Source: a candidate division FCPU426 bacterium (GTDB taxonomy: Bacteria; Oederibacteriota; Muellerivitia; Muellerivitales; Muellerivitaceae). Taken from it: DNA of 14,850 nt. Made by a program: the position numbers and the translations under genes. This document shows positions 7,857 to 14,850 of the stretch, piece by piece (positions within the stretch are counted from its first letter, which is position 1; each line of letters begins with the position of its first letter). The notes beneath the pieces were generated by a model. It was not told where the DNA came from. It saw only the letters and a list, made by a program, of their open reading frames with translations, and searched no databases. Location of the stretch: NCBI GenBank assembly GCA_963830915.1, contig CAWHOE010000031.1, positions 1 to 14,850 on the forward strand, read 5' to 3'.

Positions 7857-9167
7857 TTATCGCGCTCCCGCGCCCACCTTGGCCGATTCGGCCTTGGCCG
7901 GGGTCTCGATCTTGCCGCTCTTCGGCACGGCCGTGACGAAAGTCCCGAACTTCTTGATCTCTTCCAGACGGCAGCTCCAATAAAGCTTGCCCTCATGCAC
8001 CGTGATATCCGGGCAGCTGTCGCACATGCTCATCCGGCCGTCCGGCTGAAGATCCACGGGCTGGATGATGGCGAAATTCTGCATATAGACCTTCCCGAAC
8101 CAGGCCGAGGGCGTGGTCAGGAAGCGGAACAAGGACTTGCGCATCTGCTTGTCGCCCCAACCCAGGAACAACAGGGTGGACCGACCGGCGTGGAGCAGGG
8201 CGGGCGCGGCGTAGCTCAACCACGTCCCATACCAACGGTGATGGAAATTCTGCACGAACTCCATGAATTTCGGGCTGGTATAGCCGAAGGTTTTCTTGCG
8301 ATTGGCGATACGGGTCGCTAGGGTCCACTTCATCTCGTTGGCCTCAATGGTGCCGTTCAGGTAACCGGCCGGCTCGTAGAGCGGGTCCGTCTCCCTGATC
8401 TTGGCCACAACATGGTGAGCCTTCAGGTTCAGTTCCCCTCCCCACTTGGTGGGGATATAGCTCTCATAAAGGTCCACTTTCTTGCCCAAAGCGTAGAAAT
8501 CGAAATTGGCGGACATGCCCGGTGTGCGGAACAGGATGAACACGATGGTGTTGATCATGTCCGGGTATTGCTCGGCCCAACGCACGATCTCTGGGATCTC
8601 CTCGATGGTCTGTTCGGAAACGGTCTGGTTGAAACCGCAGACCATGCCGCCTTCCTTCGCGACCATTTCGGCCAACCGCTGGCGAAGCTTGATATGCTCC
8701 ACTTCGGTCTTGGCCATGGAATCGTTCCGTTTCTGGGTGGTATCGATATGGAAGGTGAAGCCGAACACCCCGGCCTTTTTCAGGTCCTTCAACAATTCAG
8801 GGGTGATGGCCAGACCATTGGTGTTCATGATGGGCTTCCAGCCGTAGCGGCGGACCATCTTCACGATGTCCAGGATCTGGGGATGCAAGAGCGGATCGCC
8901 CCCCGCGATGGAGACGCTGTCGACCTTGCGCTGTTCCTTGATGACCTTGAACTCTTCCTCGATATCCGCCAGGCTCTTATGGGCGCCCTTGATGTTCTCG
9001 TGGTAGCAGCCCTCGCAGGTCAGGTTGCACTGGGATGTCACTTCCAACCAGAATATGCCGTTGTCCGACAGGGACCAGGGCATCCGGTAGTAGTTTTGGG
9101 GATTTAAGGGTTTCACTTCTGACAATTGCATCATATCCTCCTGAGATTGATAAGCTTTAGCGGTCAT
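7857..9167 (-). CDS. Radical SAM protein with a C-terminal Cys motif (CxxC-x13-C), function unknown
   Basis: CNLTCEGCY (CxxxCxxC), SIAGGDPLLHP (GGEP-like), MNTNG, C-terminal MCDSCPD...WSCRLEE. Start is either ATG 9167 (GAGGG SD) or ATG 9134/9131 (AGGAGG SD). Confidence 0.92.
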   Translation of the reverse strand: MTAKAYQSQEDMMQLSEVKPLNPQNYYRMPWSLSDNGIFWLEVTSQCNLTCEGCYHENIKGAHKSLADIEEEFKVIKEQRKVDSVSIAGGDPLLHPQILDIVKMVRRYGWKPIMNTNGLAITPELLKDLKKAGVFGFTFHIDTTQKRNDSMAKTEVEHIKLRQRLAEMVAKEGGMVCGFNQTVSEQTIEEIPEIVRWAEQYPDMINTIVFILFRTPGMSANFDFYALGKKVDLYESYIPTKWGGELNLKAHHVVAKIRETDPLYEPAGYLNGTIEANEMKWTLATRIANRKKTFGYTSPKFMEFVQNFHHRWYGTWLSYAAPALLHAGRSTLLFLGWGDKQMRKSLFRFLTTPSAWFGKVYMQNFAIIQPVDLQPDGRMSMCDSCPDITVHEGKLYWSCRLEEIKKFGTFVTAVPKSGKIETPAKAESAKVGAGAR

Positions 9168-9177
9168 TGTGGGACCC

Positions 9178-9207
9178 TCAGGTAGGGTGAACAATGATAT
9201 GAATCAT
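9178..9207 (-). CDS. Putative 9-aa micro-peptide MIHIIVHPT (leader peptide or RiPP precursor candidate)
   Basis: TAGGAGG-ctct-ATG ATT CAT ATC ATT GTT CAC CCT ACC TGA. The 4-nt SD spacing matches the 6903..7613 gene (AGGAGG-acct-ATG). It ends 10 nt before ATG 9167 of the radical SAM gene. Confidence 0.5.
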   Translation of the reverse strand: MIHIIVHPT

Positions 9208-9297
9208 AGAGCCTCCTAATCGAAAAGCCTTTAATAACCACTGTTCCATTTTTTACGCAGGCTCAAATAATTCATCACTTTCCCATCGGGTGGACGC

Positions 9298-9786
9298 ATG
9301 TTCAGCATTGAAGCCCTTTTCCAGAGCAGTCAAGCCTCTATTTGTCTCCAGGATTCTTCCCAAAAAGTCATCTTCCAGAACCAGGCCAGTAAAAAATTAT
9401 GCGGGTTACATGAGGGTAAAAAATGTTCCCAAACCTGCGTCGTCACATCTGAGCGCGCCTCGGGGCGGGCCGTTCCCCGAGAGGGAGTCCATTTCGTTCC
9501 GAACAATAAAATGAACGGACAGTTCTTTGACGTGTACTTCCTCAACGAAGATTCCCGACAGTTGATCGTTCTTTCCCCCTTGAGGAAAAAATTCGAGACA
9601 TGGCTCCAACGTTTCAAGGACCGCGATCTGAGCCGGCGGGAAATGGATGTGGCCAAAGCCGCTCTCCAGGGTTTTACGAATCAGAAAATCGCGGACAAAC
9701 TCCGCGTGTCCAAAGCCACCTTGAAGACCCACCTGAACAACATCTACAAAAAATTGCCCGAGATCAAAAAAGAAAATTGGCGTTAA
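9298..9786 (+). CDS. LuxR-family helix-turn-helix transcriptional regulator with a PAS-like, Cys-containing N-terminal domain
   Basis: C-terminal LSRREMDVAKAALQGFTNQKIADKLRVSKATLKTHLNNIYKKL (GerE/LuxR HTH). N-terminal ICLQDSSQKVIFQNQASKKLCG looks like a PAS start. Confidence 0.88.
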   Translation: MFSIEALFQSSQASICLQDSSQKVIFQNQASKKLCGLHEGKKCSQTCVVTSERASGRAVPREGVHFVPNNKMNGQFFDVYFLNEDSRQLIVLSPLRKKFETWLQRFKDRDLSRREMDVAKAALQGFTNQKIADKLRVSKATLKTHLNNIYKKLPEIKKENWR

Positions 9787-10137
9787 GTCCTGATTAAATC
9801 GGTGTTTGTTCCTTCCCTTAATTGATGAATATGCCCGACAATTGACAGGATATTTTTAGCGAACCGTTAAACCGAATTTAATTGATAACACTCCCCAGGT
9901 CGGCGAAAATCCTCATGTTTCGTTGCGCGCCTTCGATCGACACCACGATTTTTTCTGCGGGACTCATATAACATGACAATATGACGAGGGACATATCTTG
10001 CGGTAGGGGTAGGGTTTATTCTTTCCCGCGGTATGTTTTTGGCTGTTGCTTGAGTTTTTCCCGGGTTCTTGAGGCTGCTCTGGGGTTGAGGAAGTCGGGG
10101 CCGGTTTGGTTCAAGATTCAAAAAACGGAGGAAACAC

Positions 10138-12594
<2,457 letters not shown>

Positions 12595-12604
12595 TCAGTA
12601 CAAC

Positions 12605-12642
12605 AAAAAGCCCGGTCCCCCTCGGGGGGCCGGGCTTTTTTT
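12605..12642 (+). terminator. Rho-independent terminator after hppA
   Basis: AAAAAGCCCGGTCCCC-ctcg-GGGGGCCGGGC followed by T7. Confidence 0.92.
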
Positions 12643-12681
12643 ATTTGCGTGCCTTTATTGTAGAATGAGACAGAGGACAAT

Positions 12682-12918
12682 ATGAGCGATCTGGTTTGTT
12701 TGAAGTGCGGCTCGGAGATTCCCTACGATTGGGCTCCCTGCCCGGAATGCGGCTGGAAGGCCCCCAGCGAATGGGAAGAGTCGTCCGAGGAACCAGAAGA
12801 GGGCTCTCCCGCTTCCCGGCACGCCGTCCTTTCCAGCCCCAAAAAATGGATCAAGCGGACAGCCTGGTTCCTAATTACAATCGGTCTGATCCTTTTGCTT
12901 TATCACCTGTTCGGCTGA
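12682..12918 (+). CDS. Small zinc-ribbon protein with a C-terminal transmembrane helix
   Basis: CLKC...CPEC, acidic linker, then KKWIKR plus a hydrophobic helix. GAGG SD and TAGAAT at 12661-12666 upstream. Confidence 0.78.
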   Translation: MSDLVCLKCGSEIPYDWAPCPECGWKAPSEWEESSEEPEEGSPASRHAVLSSPKKWIKRTAWFLITIGLILLLYHLFG

Positions 12919-13386
12919 TCCTCCCGGCCTTCCTCCCTTTTGTAGCTTCTCCAGGTCGAAATCATCGTTCACCAGCCTTTTACCAAAGCTAATCCCTACT
13001 GTATTTTGTGCGAATCCAAGCTTTTCATAAAAAGCAACGACCTCTTGATTGGTGACCCGGATGAATAGGTTCATTTTGGGGCAACCCAGAGCGGTCATTT
13101 TCTCCTCCAGGGTTCCCATCAACTTCTTGCCGATCCCCTGATGCCGCCGGCCCGGCGCAACCGCCAGATAGTTCACCGCTCCCCTGTGTCCGTCATAACC
13201 GCCCATGACCGCGCCCACCACTTTCCCGTCCTCGACAGCCACCAGGAACAACTCAGGGTGCTCATGTTTCTTTCTTTGTATATCCTTGTAAGGATCGTTA
13301 TCCCGCACCAGTAATCCGCAGTCATGCCAAAGCCTGACGACTGTCATCTCGTCCTCGGCCTGGAAAGGTCTTATCTCGATCGTCAT
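12871..13386 (-). CDS. GNAT family N-acetyltransferase (YpeA-like)
   Basis: MTIEIRPF..., NDPYKDIQRK, GAVMGGYDGHRG, YLAVAPGRRHQGIG (acetyl-CoA motif A), GCPKMNL, FYEKLGF. GGAGG SD before ATG 13386. Confidence 0.92.
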   Translation of the reverse strand: MTIEIRPFQAEDEMTVVRLWHDCGLLVRDNDPYKDIQRKKHEHPELFLVAVEDGKVVGAVMGGYDGHRGAVNYLAVAPGRRHQGIGKKLMGTLEEKMTALGCPKMNLFIRVTNQEVVAFYEKLGFAQNTVGISFGKRLVNDDFDLEKLQKGGRPGGSAEQVIKQKDQTDCN

Positions 13387-13405
13387 GGGTTGCCTCCACC
13401 GGAAT

Positions 13406-13430
13406 AAAAAAGGGCCGCCGGAGCGGCCCT
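13406..13430 (-). terminator. Rho-independent terminator after the aldolase-like gene
   Basis: Minus strand AGGGCCGC-tccg-GCGGCCC followed by a T run. Confidence 0.8.
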
Positions 13431-13467
13431 CTCTGTTCAACCACCCAACGCCACAAAGTCCAGGATG

Positions 13468-13926
13468 CTATTTGGAGCATTCCTTGTAAAAATCATAGCA
13501 GTTATCCTTGTTCGCCTTGTCATCCCGCCATTTCATGGCGTCCCTGGGATGCTGGTTGAGCAATCCGGAGATGCCATAAATATCGTTGAATCCCCACTCC
13601 ATCACGTTGCGAAGCGGGACGAAATGTTCCTGGATGACCTTGTAGATGGGACGGACGTCGAACTTGGGATTCTGGAGGAACCCCAGTAGAAGCTCCAGGG
13701 GACAGTTGCCCGCTCCCCGGCCCATGCCGTTGATGGTGGCGTCCAGCATGTTCACCCCCTCGATGATGCACTGCTGGGTATTGGCGTAGGCTAGTTGGAT
13801 GTTGTTATGTCCGTGGAACCCCAGTTTCTCGATGGGTACGTACTTCTTGTACAGGTCCAGGTAATAGGTGATCTGCTCCGAATAGAAGGCCCCGTAGGTA
13901 TCCACCAGGTAAAGGCAGTCCACCTC
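13468..13926 (-). CDS. 3' fragment (about 152 aa) of an HMGL-like / DRE-TIM aldolase catalytic domain protein, 5'-truncated at the junction
   Basis: EVDCLYLVDTYG, GFHGHNNIQLAYAN (HxH metal ligands), LDATINGMGRGAGNCPLELL, GLLNQHPR. Upstream of 13926 the same frame turns into Arg/Ala-rich off-frame sequence. Confidence 0.88.
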   Translation of the reverse strand, partial: EVDCLYLVDTYGAFYSEQITYYLDLYKKYVPIEKLGFHGHNNIQLAYANTQQCIIEGVNMLDATINGMGRGAGNCPLELLLGFLQNPKFDVRPIYKVIQEHFVPLRNVMEWGFNDIYGISGLLNQHPRDAMKWRDDKANKDNCYDFYKECSK

Positions 13927-14850
13927 GCGCTCTCGGCCGTGGCGGGCAGCTGCACGTCGAGCGCGCTTCGCGGACTGGGGGGCACGGCAACCGTGAGGAT
14001 GGCGACGTCGTCGCTCGGCTGAGCCGAGATCATCTTGCGCCGTATCTCGTCGGTCGGGTGGCTGCTCTTCGCCTCGTAGACCTCCAGCACGACGTCGCGC
14101 AGCCGCCGTTCGTTCGCCTCGATGTCCCGGTCGAGCTCGATCAGGCCGTCGGTGTAGAACACGAGGAGCTGGGAGGGCACGAGCTGCAGCGAGTACGCCT
14201 GCACTTCCTCGCGACCGATCATGCCTAGCGGAAGCGTCCGCGGCTGCTCGATCAGTTCGACCATGTCCTCGCCGACGGCCAGCGGCCCGGGGTGCCCGGC
14301 GTTCACGAAGGTCAGCGAGGACGCCTCGGGATCGACCAGGCCCACGATCGCGCTGACGCCGAGGCTCCCGTCGAGCCGCAGCATGCGGTCGACGTTCTTG
14401 ACGATCGTGCGCGGGTCGGGATCGGTGAGGGCGAAAGCCCGGATCGCCTGGCGCACCTTGCCCATCACGATCGCCGCCCTCAAGCCGCGGCCCGCCACGT
14501 CGCCGATCGAGAAGATCGCGCGGCTGTCGGGGAGCGCGAAGGCGTCGTACCAGTCGCCGCCGATGTCGGCATCCGCGTCGCCGGCGACGTGCACGGCGTC
14601 GAACACGACCCCCGCGAGCTGGGGCAGGACGGTCGGGAGCATGGCGCGCTGCAGCGAATCGGCGAGCCGGCGCTCGCGGCCGTAGGAACGGGCGTTGAGG
14701 ACCGCGAGCCCGATCCGCGAGGCGAGCTCTTCGGCGATCGCGACCTCCGCGTCGAGGTAGCCGCCGCCCTCCGGCCGCCCGCACACCATCACGCCGATCG
14801 CCTCGCCGCGCCGACGATCGGCACGATCAGCGTGCGTTCGCCCCAACGCG
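13923..14850 (-). CDS. Fragment of a GAF + SpoIIE/PP2C (RsbU-like) phosphatase gene, truncated at about 13923 and at the window edge
   Basis: GAF end (GEAIGVMV...AEELASRIGLAVLNARSY), LQRAMLP, IGGDWYDAF, IGDVAGRGLRAA, NAGHPGP, FYTDGLIE, DDVAIL, then LPATAESAR (probable start of an HATPase-like domain). GC is 43/60 in 14701-14760. Confidence 0.88.

Noticed and set aside
7857..9167. Specific radical SAM assignment (MoaA, PqqE, Tes, SPASM maturase)
   Set aside because: No MoaA C-terminal GG, no canonical SPASM Cys pattern, no Tes-like N-terminal Cys motif, and no supporting operon context.
13791..13922. C-terminal tail (WTAFTWW...) of the 351-aa phosphatase ORF
   Set aside because: It is off-frame read-through into the aldolase sequence after the junction.
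13468..14784. 438-aa track ORF as a single protein
   Set aside because: The N-terminal two thirds are Arg/Ala-rich off-frame translation of the phosphatase gene. Only the part from EVDC onward is a real aldolase fragment.

Overview
Bacterial genomic window, mostly minus-strand. Minus strand from the left: a partial anti-sigma-like gene, an ECF sigma factor, an isolated and enlarged flagellar hook protein (FlgE), a SET/post-SET protein, msrA, a secreted Thr/Pro-rich repeat protein with a T9SS-type-A-like C-terminal domain, a hypothetical protein and a radical SAM enzyme. The radical SAM gene is preceded by an unannotated 9-codon ORF (MIHIIVHPT) with a strong Shine-Dalgarno and an overlapping hairpin, and sits divergent from a PAS-like/LuxR regulator. 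Next come a K+-independent-type membrane pyrophosphatase (hppA, +), a small zinc-ribbon membrane protein (+), a GNAT acetyltransferase (-) and the 3' part of an HMGL-like aldolase gene (-). At about 13925 the aldolase is abruptly fused to a much higher-GC GAF-SpoIIE/PP2C gene fragment. Both genes are broken at this junction, which looks like a chimeric join. The best candidate novel system is the micro-peptide + radical SAM + LuxR locus. All family calls come from motif recognition by eye, not database searches.
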